From positions 496,001 to 560,000 of the forward strand of contig JBBPEB010000029.1 of the NCBI GenBank assembly GCA_039096225.1: 64,000 bases of DNA, read 5' to 3'. The notes beneath the pieces were generated by a model. It saw only the letters and a program-made list of their open reading frames with translations. It was not told where the DNA came from and ran no database searches. The stretch comes from Blastocystis sp. Blastoise. Lineage: Eukaryota; Protista; Bigyra: Opalinata. Positions 36,594 to 49,126 of this stretch are shown here, piece after piece; within the stretch, counting starts at the first letter, position 1, and the number at the start of each line of letters is the position of its first letter. The position numbers and the translations under genes are program-made.

Positions 36594-37126
36594 ATGGACA
36601 TAGAACAACCAGTTACTGAGTCTCTAAAACTGGTAAACACAAAACAAACACAAACCACGTATTCAACCGAATCATGTTATGTTCTTTTGGAGTTTGAAGG
36701 AAATGTATTAAAATATAGTTTTACAACAGATTTAATTGTTAATATTCTTGATGATGCAATAAAATCTATGTTTGGATTAGTTTCTGGAAGTGAATTAGTC
36801 TTTGAAATTGTCACAATTCAACAACCTTATGTTATTTTAAGGTTGCTTAAGAAGTATGTTTTTTATTTGAAATCATTTTTTTTAAGGATATATAATTATA
36901 AATAAACTTGGTTTAACAAAATAAGATTTCACATTTCTCTATGTATAGACACTATTTGGCTTTTCATGCAGTTTGTGCATCCAATTATAGTTATCATAGT
37001 TCTCCATGTCGTATCAATGTTGTTAAAATGTATATATTCTTTTTTATAACAATATTTCATCTATTATTTACTTATAGGTCAAATTACTTGTTTTCTATGT
37101 ATTCATGTTTATCAAACCTAAGGTAA
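36594..37126 (+). CDS. RPP14: RNase P/MRP subunit Rpp14-like (Rpp14/Pop5 family), 3 exons
   Basis: YVLLEF...ILDDAIKSMFGLV...VILRL...SYHSSPCRINVVKMSNYLFSM parallels Rpp14 (KVCLEF...AVKDLFGEV...AILRI...SYKGKKCAFRVIQVSPFLLAL). Confidence 0.7.
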
Positions 37127-37133
37127 TTTTATA

Positions 37134-37141
37134 TGTTTGTT
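37134..37141 (+). terminator. TGTTTGTT motif 7 nt after the RPP14-like stop codon
   Basis: Exact motif, at a spacing like the Blastocystis 3'-cleavage signal. Confidence 0.5.
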
Positions 37142-37326
37142 TTGTTTCACATGTATATATTATCATTCTTCTAAATATAATAATTTATAACAAAACAAAA
37201 TTTAAAAACAGTTCAAATTATTTTACATAAATAGGAAAAATAGATATACAATAAAATATCACAAAAAGAAACCATCAATATGTATTTATTTTAGTAGAAA
37301 CAATAAGGATTTTCTCTTTCATCACC

Positions 37327-39127
37327 TTAATAACCACGGTACATACCATTCATTTGTTGTTGGCCATACATACCCATTTGTTGTTGAGGCATGCCATATC
37401 CCATTTGTTGAGGCATACCATAACCCATTTGTTGTTGAGGCATACCGTAACTCATTTGTTGTTGAGGCATACCATAACCCATATTCATATTCATAGGAGC
37501 AGCAGCCTTAGCAGCAGGTTTAGCAGGAGTAGAAGTAGCAGGAGTATCATCACCAAGATTATCAAGAGAGAATAAATCATCATACTTAGACTTCTTCTTA
37601 GGTTCAGGAGCAGGAGCAGAAACAGCCATGGGAGAAGCAGCCATAGGAGCAGGAGCAACACTAGCGCCAAAAACATCATCTAAACCACCAGTAGAAATAG
37701 TGGCAGGAGCAGCAGCAGGAGCGGGAGCAGCACCGAAAACATCATCAAAATCGGCAGCAGGTTCAGCAGCAGGCTCAGCGGCAACATCAAAACCAAATCC
37801 GTCGTCTTCTTCTTCTTCTTCTTCAACAGCCTTCTTAGATTTCTTAGCAGCAGCCTTCTTTACAGGAGCCTTCTTAGCAACCTTCTTCTTAGGTTTTTCT
37901 TCTTCTTCTTCTTCCTCTTCTTCTTCTTCTTCAACAACCTTTTTAGCCTTCTTAGTTACCTTCTTCTTAGGCTTTTCTTCTTCTTCATCATCTTCGAAAT
38001 CACCAGAAACAGGAGCAGCCTTCTTGACTACCTTCTTAGCAGTCTTCTTCTTAGGCTTTTCTTCTTCTTCATCATCATCAAAATCATCATAATCAACCTT
38101 CTTAGACTTCTTAGCAGTCTTCTTCTTAGGTCTTTCTTCTTCTTCATCATCATCATCATAACTATATATATATATTTTTAATAAGATATATATTTATATA
38201 AAGTATTTAGTTTAATGATGTATAAAAAAATTTAAAAAAAAAAAACAAATAGAATTTGTTAATAAAATTTAATAATATAATATATATAATGTATACGATT
38301 TAGTACTCTTCTTAATAGGACTATATAAAGGATAAAATATTAGAAAACAATTTTATTAAATAAAAGAATATATATAAACATACGCAGGGTTTCTTCCAGC
38401 AGGAACAGGAGCTACAGGACCAGAACCAACAGAAGTTTCGCGAGAACTTAATTTAGCTCTTAATTCCTTAGCCTTCTTTCTTTCCATACGAATTCTATCA
38501 TCATCATCTAATAATTCAACAATTTGACGAGATTTTTCACGAACTATAAAGAAAATATATATTTTTGTTATTACTTTAAAAAGTTGCAAGAGAAGAGAAT
38601 ACCAGAAAAAAACAATCGTATAACATCAATAAATAAGGATAAAAAAATAAAATAATTCAAAGTATTTACTTCCTTGACCTCTTTCAAGTTGACCTTCCTT
38701 GAAACTGAATTCTTGAAGAGTATTCATATATAAAACGTTGCTTCTGGCATCATCAATAAATTGAGCAGCACCGTTTTTAATAAGATGTTCAACAATAGTA
38801 AGAGCCTAGAAGGAATAAAAGTATTTAAAAAATAATAATTTTACGAAAAATAATCATTAGATAAAAAGAATTTAAAAAAATATAAATACCTTGAAAATTT
38901 GTCTCCAGTTCTTAGGAGGAAGCTTTAAGGTTTTCCATAAAGCAGCACAAATAGAAGCATATGATTCAGCATCCTTGGTAGCATCGGCTAATTCAGCCAT
39001 AGCAGTACCAGAAACACCCCAGTTTTCATTAGAAAGGGAAGTAGCTAATGTTTTATCGATAGCAGTCTGTTTTCTACATAAAACAATTACGAAAAAAGAT
39101 ACATAAAAAATACTTAAAAAGACTCAT
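37327..39127 (-). CDS. ENTH-domain epsin/epsinR-like protein
   Basis: SNENWG, NWRQIFKALTIVEHLIKNG and GQGVREKSRQIVELLDDDDRIRMER form an ENTH domain. DDVFG motifs and a Met/Gln-rich tail follow. Includes a 24-nt microexon near 38296-38319. Confidence 0.9.
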
Positions 39128-40186
39128 TTTTTAAGAATAAGAAGATATAATGGATATAATTGATATAATTTCTTAACAAAAATTATTCTTGAAAGATAAA
39201 ACCTCATCGGAACTCAAATTTGTGATGACGAGACTTCTGGTTCATTATCAAGCTTTAGAACCGCATCTTTTTTTTGATAAATTCCGACGTGGTGTTTTTG
39301 TTAGAAAACAAGAATAATCATTGGTCTATTTGGAGATTACATCTTTTCTATTTGATACAAAAGCGAGTTTTAATATTTATGAAACAATGCCGATTCTGAC
39401 TGGAAGTCAGCAAATAATCTAAAAATTAACATTTCATTCATATCCTAGTTGTATTGAAAAAAAGGAGAAAAACTATGTCGAAAATGGGAAAACGAGAGAA
39501 TTTGCCAAGAGATTCCGTAGCAAAAAGAGGAATAGCAATTCTTCTACTTTAAAACTTGTAAAGAATAAAACTCTCTAGAAATACGTCAGTGATGAAAACC
39601 CTGTATAAGAGGGTTTTTATAGATTCATTTTGTTTTTGTTTTAATGTCAGTTAATATGTTGGATTATTCATGATATTTATAATTTTTATTTAGAATATAC
39701 ATATATACATGCTGTTTAATTATGAATGAGATAGAAAACACACAATTGATTGTAATCAAAGTAGTCATATATGAAAAGGAGTCATATAAAATTATATTAA
39801 ACGTTGGGATAGACTATGTATATAAATATATTACTAGAATGGTTGATATATTTATACTTTTTAAAAATATTTATGGAGATTTGTTATTCCACGTCAACCT
39901 ATTGTATTAATTCAATTTTATTTTTTATTCTTATTTAGTATTTAAAGATTGTATTGATGTTTTCTTAAAAAATAAGATTCTATTCGTCTAATAGATATAA
40001 TCGAAGTGAATCCATTATAAAGAGATCAAGCAAACTATTTGTTTATATACATAATCATTAAAAAATAAATAAATAAATAAATATGATGATATAGAATATA
40101 ATTAGATTCTTTAAAACACATAGCAAAGAAAAAATATATAGTGTTTAAAAATAAAAATTATAAATCAATAAAGAATAGTATTATGT

Positions 40187-40358
40187 TTATTGAGATAAAG
40201 CTTCTGAGATACAGCTTTCAGGATGAGAACAGAAGATACAATGCCATTGTTCTTTACTTTTAATAATATCCCACTAAATATATAATTCAATATATTTAAA
40301 GTTTAATATATATATATAAATAAATGTGATTTAAAAAATAGATTATTAGAAATAATTA

Positions 40359-40392
<34 letters not shown>

Positions 40393-42600
40393 TCATGTGT
40401 ACCAAGATGAAGTAGAACACAACGATCGCACATAGATCGTTGACAATTCTGACAAGGAATGACTAAGCCTCCGTCACCACACATACGACAATACTTATCT
40501 TTACCTTGCTATATATATATGATATAATATTATTTCTTGAATATAATATATATAAAGTTATGAATATATATATAAGATATTAATAGTATTATTAAAGTAT
40601 GTAAGAGAATGATAATAAATAGAAATTATAATTAATATATATATATCCATATAATGCTATAGTTATAACTATATATAATTCTATAGTTATAACTATATAT
40701 AATTCTATAGTTATAACTATATATAATTCTATATACGGATAATTCCCAATTTCCAGTATTATAGAATGAGAAGCATTGATCACAAAGATAAGCTGTCTTG
40801 AAATAAGGATGATCTACTAATTTCTATATATATATAATAATAATAATAATGTAATAATAAAATAATTAATACTTAAATATATAGATTAAATGTATAAAAA
40901 CAATATGTATAAAAATAATTTGATTAATAATAATAATATATATATATATACATTAGTACTACCACAACGTGTACAGAAATGTCTTTCAACACCATTATTA
41001 GGATAAAGAGAAAGAGGATTAATAATATCTGCTTCAGCGAATTCATTTACCCAAGGAGAAGTAATACCTAATTTACGAGCTATTTGAACTATATAATCCT
41101 TTATCTATATATATACACTTATAATAATAATATTGTTAAATGGTTATTTATAAATAAAAAGATTTCTTTTTTTTCTAAAAATAAAAACTGAATAGAATAT
41201 AAATACATATTTAAATAAATAATAAATATAAATATAAATATAAATATAAACACAGAATACTATATAATAATAAAAAAACAGACTTTTTATATTTAAACAA
41301 ATAAATAAATCTAGAATCGTATATAATAATAAAAATATAAAATCAATATATATATATATATATATACAGATTGAAGAGAGTTTGAACAAGTAGGAAGTTC
41401 ATGTAATTGAATAGGAGTATAACGACGAATAGCTTGATTCAAATTCTTTATATATATTATATATATATTTAGATTAAAAATATACAAATAGTCAAAATTT
41501 AAGACAGAATAAATATAATTTCTTGAATAGATACATAATAAAAAAACACAAAAAAAAACACAATATATATATATATATACAGAAGTAATATTAATGAAAT
41601 CGCTAGGAGTATGAGCTTTACTTAAAAATACAGTAGCTTTATCAGTCAACTTAAATTCCTTATATTGTCTATATATATTAATATATATATAAAGTCAAAG
41701 AAAAATAGAAAATATATATAATCATACATATAATAATATATATATTTCAAAAAATAAAAACATATATTTATACATAGAATACAAATAATATAATAATATA
41801 ATTTTTAAAATATATAAATACTTTTTACAGAAGATAACAATACGTTCAATAGCTTTTCTAAAGGCAATAAGACAAGGGGGAACAAATAAAATAATTTCTT
41901 TATCTTTTATTGGTTTTTCTGATTTTATTACAGATTGACGTGTTGACTTTTTAGGAGTAACAATTCTTTTTTTAATTTCTTCTTTAACAACAACAGGAGT
42001 TACTTTAACAGCAGATTTCACTTGTTTTGTAGATTTAGCTGATTTAGAACTCGATTTAGAATCAGATTTAGTAGTTATTTTGGTTGTTTTTCGAGAAGTA
42101 CGTGAACGGCTTTTAAGAGGTGTACGCTCTTCAAGCTGAGGAGTAGGAGGAGAAGAACGTTTCTTTGAAGAGATAGGACTTTTAGTAACGGATCGTTTTG
42201 AAGTTTCAGGCTCTTGTTGTTGTTCATTAGATTCATTTTCATTTTCACCTATATAATTTATATATATATATATATATAATGATAGTAATAATATTCATCA
42301 AGTATAGAATAAACTAATGTTTAAATAAAGAACGATATATACTATGAGAAGCATCATCTACAGTTTCATTTAATAAATCATTTTGTTTTTGAAGTTCTAT
42401 ACACTCCTTTTGATGATTAGGCCAATCTTTTCTTTGGCATTCATTAGAGCAATAATATACAGCTTTACAGTTAGAGCATCTATATTTATTAAGGTACATA
42501 TAAAGAATAAATCAAAATAGAAAAATATCAAAAAAGGATATCTATATTTTGCAGGTTGGGTACAGCCAAGTGCCATGCAATCGTGATTTGCAACTTCCAT
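40187..42600 (-). CDS. MYND zinc finger + ADD (ATRX/DNMT3-like) domain protein
   Basis: MYND CSNCKAVYYCSNECQRKDWPNHQKEC. ADD-like C-terminus CTRCG..HPYFKTAYLCDQC..DKYCRMCGDGGLVIPCQNCQRSMCDRC. Confidence 0.75.
42480..42541 (-). other. U12-type intron with AT-AG termini inside the MYND finger
   Basis: 5' ATATCCTTTT, branch ACCTTAAT, AG end. Removal joins PAKYR|CSNC in frame. Confidence 0.8.
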
Positions 42601-44112
42601 TTTCTTAAAAGAATGTATTATCAAAGAACTATGAAAGATAGATTTCTTTTAATTTCAAATATAAAATTGGTTCACTTATAAATGGTAGATTCTCAAAACT
42701 TTCAAGTGCATATCAAAAAACAATGAAATAAATTAAAATCCCACGGGGGAAAAACAAACCGAAGTTTTTCTTTTATTTCTATTATTTGCTTGAATACCAA
42801 CTCCATCATCTATATTCAATAATAGGTTCTACATATAACTAGTTATAGCAAATGTGACATGATCTAGATCAATAGACAATCGTATGTGTTGACATCGAGT
42901 TCTTAAATTATGAACTATAGATAAAGAATTCTTCATTAGAATACATTGATTTAGAAACCAGTAGTTTTAAATATCTGATATTATGCAAAATGAATCAATA
43001 AAAATCTTTTGTCTATGTTATTTTTATAAATAGCATAAAAAAATATATTTTAAATGATATATTCATTGAAACAAAATACATAGAAAGCATTAACAATAGA
43101 CTAAATGAAATGAAGAGTATCGTAATCTCTATTATAATCTTTTTTGAAAACTTATAATATATCTCTGTATCCATTTATGTTCATTGAGCTTATTTTCATA
43201 GTGAATCCAAAAAGTAGTTTATGCACATCCACACAAAAAAATAGGGTATACTTGTTATTTTCACAATTAATTACTTTCTATATACTAAAGAATAGATTAT
43301 AATATGTTTTTTCATTTTTTAATTGTAATGAGATCACTAACAAGACATGAATACTCTTCTTAAAATGTAAAAAACGTTAATAACTTATAGAATGAAGTAT
43401 ACCTACATAGAAACTATAGATAAATCGTCAATATAAAGGAAATAGTCAAAATACAGAGGTTAAATACTAAAAAAGAAAGAAATCCATTCGTTTTTACTCT
43501 TCCCTTTATGTTTTATGATTTCATATACTTTAATAGAGTCTAAAAATTAAAATATATTCATTTTTATATATAGAATCATATTATTAATAGATATTACATT
43601 TCTTTTTGCTTTGTTGCAATACAATATTGTAACATGTGATTAATTAGATGTATAAATTTACGCATTATGCTCATTTAATGATCTAACATAATATAAAAAT
43701 GGATAAAAGTATGCATAAAATGTGATCTGATGTTATGATGATGTATGGAATTTTTTTTGTGTTATATATTTAGATAATATTTATATATGTATAATGCTGA
43801 GAGTAATCATATGTAATACATTATTATCATTCATTGTTCTAATGATTTAAAACAGAGATATAGATATTTGTTAAATAGATTATACTATTTTTAGATAAAA
43901 TATATCATTTAATGTGATGTAGGTGTTTTGGAATATGTATTTAGGAATTATAATGTTATATTTCATTGAATTGAGAATTTTTGTTCGTTCAAGCAATCTT
44001 ATTTTTGCGTTCTTCATCAATATTTTTATTAAACATACTATAAAAATGTTCTTATGATATTATTTACTATCTTCTAATCAATTAATACCGTTTTATATAG
44101 TTTAAAATGAAA

Positions 44113-44120
44113 AACAAACA
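44113..44120 (-). terminator. TGTTTGTT candidate 3'-end motif of CPSF2
   Basis: Exact motif on the sense strand about 160 nt after the stop codon. Confidence 0.4.
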
Positions 44121-44280
44121 GAAAATGTTTTCATTATTATTACATTTGATAATAATTGTAATTTTATAAATTAAATATACAAAATAAAGAAGAAGAGAGG
44201 AGATTTTCTACAATAGAGTTTTGAAAAAAATGAGAAAAATAAAAAAAAATACAAATAGATAATATATATATATAACTAGA

Positions 44281-47200
44281 TTAAGTTTCTTTAAATTGTT
44301 CATATAATGTTTTTCTTAGTTTATAGAAAGATGGAGAACAAATAGAATTAATAATAATAGAATCTTCTTCTTTCTTAATTCGTATTGTTTGATTATCAAT
44401 AGAAATGCATTTGTTTTTTAATATACTTGATATCCCTACTTTATTTAATAAAGGTTTTAGTTCTCGAAGAGTTAGTTGAGAATCCCTCAATAAACTAGTT
44501 TTATGAGGGGTAACTATATATATATAGATTTGATATAGGAGAGAATATAATTATATATAATAATATATGACAAAATAAAATGATAATAAAAAAAGAAGAT
44601 AACAACTATATATATATATATACATGTTTTTGTAGGTTTAAGTGTATATGAACGTGATGACTGTTTTTCTCCATCAACTTCTTCATTTCTACAAAGTGTA
44701 CCATCAACATATCTATATATATATATATATAGATGACATATAAAGAATATAACATGTATACATACATAAATAGAAATATTAATATTTAAATAATAAGATA
44801 ATATAATATAATATAATACTATTTATAAATAATCATTTAAAAATTATATATATATATATAATATAATATAAATATATATACCCGACTTTATAATCTCCAA
44901 TAGAATATAAAGGAATAGAATCAATTAATTGTTCATCAAGTGTAATATTATAAGTAATCGTATTACTGGGAATAGACAGACGTTCACTGTTCTGAGGGAT
45001 ATAAACCGCGGGAATATATGGAGTCTTTTGAAGATATTGGGAGTAAAACTGACTCACTTGGAATGACCCTTGACAAAATAATATCTATATATATATAAAG
45101 TAGTATTATTTATAAAAGTATAAAAAGTGTATAGTATATATAATGAATAATATATATATAAATAATAATTATAAAACTAGTGATATTCAAATAATAAATA
45201 TAATAATAAATTTATATACTTTCTTTGGTTGTATTTTATCTAGAATAGTAATAAAGGAATTCACATCACAAATGCCTTGGAAGTCAAGATATAATCGTTT
45301 CATAGTAATAGAAATTTGAGATCGTGAAGTAGAATAACGATAAGGAATATCAAAATCTTCATTCTATAGAATAATTGAAGTTTATATATAGATGTATATT
45401 ATATATAAATTCAGATATAGGAATATTTGATATACAGGAATAAACAAATAAATAGAATAATTGAAAGAATAATATATATATATATACATGTTGTTCTTCA
45501 GTAATATGTTGTGCTTCTTCAATCTTCTTTATCTTATATTTTTCTATATCAATCATTTGGCCATAAGCATCAACAGTCACTCTCTCCTTCTTTCTCTCAA
45601 ACCTATATATATATATATGTTCTTATTAAATAGATATATGTTTATTATATAGATAGAATTAATAATGAATAGAAGCAAGTACAAAATAATATTATTGTAT
45701 AGACACAGTAATAGTAATAAAAGAAAAAAAAATGTATACATTAACGAAGGAATAAAATAGAATAAAAATAGAATAAAAATAGAATAAAAATAGAATAAAA
45801 ATAGAATAAAAATAGAATAAAAATAGAATAAAAATAGAATAAAAATAGAATAAAAATAGAATAAAAATAGAATAAGAACTATATATATACATAGGATATC
45901 GTTGTGTAACAAGTGAGTTTGTGTTCATTTTTGATGCATATTCATCTTCATCTTCATCTTCATCTTCATCTTCATTACTACTACTATTCTCTGCTTCTTT
46001 CTCTTTTTCTCGTTTTTGTAATAACTCCATCTTCTTCTTCTTCGCTTGTTCTTGGAAATATTCTGTTAATTCGGAACCTTCTAATGGAATTCGAACACGA
46101 TTCTAAAGGGAAATTAATAGTATTACTTTTATTTATTAATTATATTTATATTCAATATATAATAGTATAGTAAGACTTGAATAGAAGTATATACATATAA
46201 GTATAATAAGTAAATAAAAAAATAAATAAAGATAAATATAAGTATAAATATAATAATAATTATATATATAAGTATATATATATAAGTATATATATAAGTA
46301 TATATATATACAGTATAATGGAATTGTGTTTGTTTAGGATTAGAGTATATATCATGAGCTAAGGAATGAAGAGGAGGAGGGAATAGAAATAGAAGGAGAT
46401 TCTTTGGATCCATACACCTATATATATATATATAGTATTCTTATGTATATATATGTAAATATTAAGTATAATGAATGTTTTTATATGAGATAATAATATG
46501 TACGTATGAATAATATATATACACCATTGTTTGAGTAGATCTTGACCATAAGAAGATTCTAATCCAGAAGAAGTAGCTAATACGATCTATATATATTATA
46601 AAGATAAAAATAAAGATAAAACTAAAGATAAAAAATAAAGATAAAAATAAAGATAGAAATAAAGATAAAAATAACAATAAAAATAAAGATAAAAAATACC
46701 AGTAAAAATAACAATAAAAATACCAATAAAAATAACAATAAAAATACCAATAAAAATAACAATAAAAATAACAATAAAACTAAAGATAATAAAAGAATAA
46801 TATATATAAATATACTTTGCAGTCAGGGTCTAATAGAATATTATCATATGTCGAATCTACTTTAATATTTTCGAAGTCAAATATATCTTTTCCTTCTTGA
46901 CTAGCTTTTGTCATCACTTCTTTTGGCATATATTGAATAAGTCGACGCATGGAAGATATACCATCTGTACCATCACTATAGAGTATATATAGTATATATA
47001 TAGTGTTATATATATAGTATTATAAGATTATATATAGTATATATATAGTGTTATATAGTATATATATAGTGTTATATAGTATATATATAGTATATATATA
47101 GTATATATATGTCGTGAAATATATATATAAATTGTATAAAAGAAATATAAAGAAGAATATATATATGCTATGAAAGTATTGAAAATGAAATTAATGTTAG

Positions 47201-47870
47201 AATAATAAAAATAAGTATATATATAATTACAAGAAATAATAAAAATAATTGATCACATAATGATAATAAATAGAATAAACATAATAAAAATACATAACAA
47301 AGATAATAAAAATACATAACAAACTAAATATTATATAGCATAATACACATAATAAATAGAAATAAAATACAAAATAATACTAAAATATATACTTAGTAAG
47401 AAAATATATTTTAATATTAGAATCTTTCATAGGAATCCAAATTTTATTTAATATAATTAATAATTCATAGATCCTACCCATACAATCTATAGGAATCAAC
47501 ACATTCCCGCCATCAGATACCGTGTCATTCAAACATTTATCCAACTATAATCATGGGAATTCATAGTTTTTGATAAGTCAATTGAGAAATAAAAAAAAAA
47601 TTCTTTTATATAAAATATATAATAATTATATTATATATACCAACAAAATAAATAATAAATATATATACATTCATTTCAAATGTTTTCTTGACAGTAGCCA
47701 TTTTTGTTTGACAAGAATCAGTTATAAGTAAAGAAGGACGTACTATATCTATATAATCAGATTTATTTATATGTATTTCTTGTTTATGATTTATATGTAT
47801 AGCATAGTATATGGTATCAGTTTCTGTCTCAATTTTCCACATTGCACCACCTAATATATGACCAGCTTCA

Positions 47871-47916
<46 letters not shown>

Positions 47917-48592
47917 AATAAGAATAAAGGGAAATCAAAAGAATATGATTCTAAAAAAAATAATTGAGAGTATTCTATATATGTATTCTACATTATTTAT
48001 TAAAAACAATAAATAAACAATAGATATCCTATCTATTTTAATAATATAACTTCATTATATATACGGAGAAATAACGAAATGCATGTCGTGAACTTGTACG
48101 AAAAACCGCTCGTGAAGGGTTAATTCATTATAATAATGACTTTTAATGGTTTTAATACTGTTAATATCGAACAATTGAAATTCTTCTTTCATGCATCGAT
48201 TCCGAATAGCCTCCTCAAAGTAATAATAAGAGATATTAGAACTATAATGATGATTTCATAGAAAGAACTAGATTATGAAATATATACGCTGCTCTTGTTA
48301 TGAATATTCTTGCTTTACACCCATAATGCTTATATATATATGGTATAGCCCCTGAATGCTGTAAATCAGGAAACGAAATTAAGATGATGTCAATCTTTTT
48401 TGCAAGAGATTCTAATGGCTTTAATACAGTCACATTGAATAACTCATCCCAACCGCAATCCAATAATATATTGATCTATATACATATAAAAAAGTAAATA
48501 GTAAGTATTACATCGTCAATTTCCAATAAAGAACACATTGGCCCATTTGGTGTTGTCCCATATAGACTTGTGTAATGAATAGAAGAAGGCAT
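44281..48592 (-). CDS. CPSF2: Cleavage and polyadenylation specificity factor subunit 2 (CPSF100)
   Basis: LLDCGWDELF, ILISFPDLQHSGAIPY, AGHILGGAMWKI, NHKQEIHIN, GGNVLIPIDCMGR and FYKLRKTLYEQF. Confidence 0.92.
45756..45875. repeat. Intronic 11-bp tandem repeat (AAAAATAGAAT)n
   Basis: About 10 copies inside a CPSF2 intron. Boundaries approximate. Confidence 0.8.
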
Positions 48593-49126
48593 TTCTATAT
48601 ATTGATAGGGAATTGATTATACTATTGTTTTCGTCTTTTTTTTAAGTTTTCAAGTCATTTTTTAAATAGAATCATGAAATTTTTTTGTTTCTTAATATTT
48701 GCATTTTAAAATGACGTTGAAGAGTTTATTAAAGTTTCATATGATGCTTAGTTTATAAATCATATAAATAACTAAAACTTGATAATATTGTTGTATGATT
48801 CGGTGACAAATTGTTTTTATTAGCAAGTTGATTCTATATTATGAGTATCTAAGCATGATACCTGTTTTAAACATTCAAAAAATATAAGTCATTCTTGAAA
48901 TTATGGCTTCATAAGGAAATAAAATTTTGATTTTAGAATCAGATAAATTCAGAATAAGTCTGAGTATATCAGAAATGGATTTGACAAAGAAAGGAAACAC
49001 AAAAAAAGTCATTAAAAATATGTTGAAAATGGGTGATTCAAGCAGAAGAATCGTGATTAAGCGCATAAGAGTATTCATTTTGTTTTTTTCAAAGATTTTC
49101 ATTTCTTATTCCTTGAATAATCTATA

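Noticed and set aside
37354-38092. Plus-strand ORFs over the epsin gene
   Set aside because: They are antisense shadows of low-complexity coding sequence.
39200-39620. GTGATGA/CTGA boxes, two small hairpins and short ORFs upstream of epsin
   Set aside because: Box spacing is too long, I found no rRNA-antisense guide, and no coherent spliced ORF emerges.
42700-44100. 1.4-kb gap with a possible minus-strand terminal exon near 42830-42915
   Set aside because: I could not assemble an open exon chain or recognise any motif.
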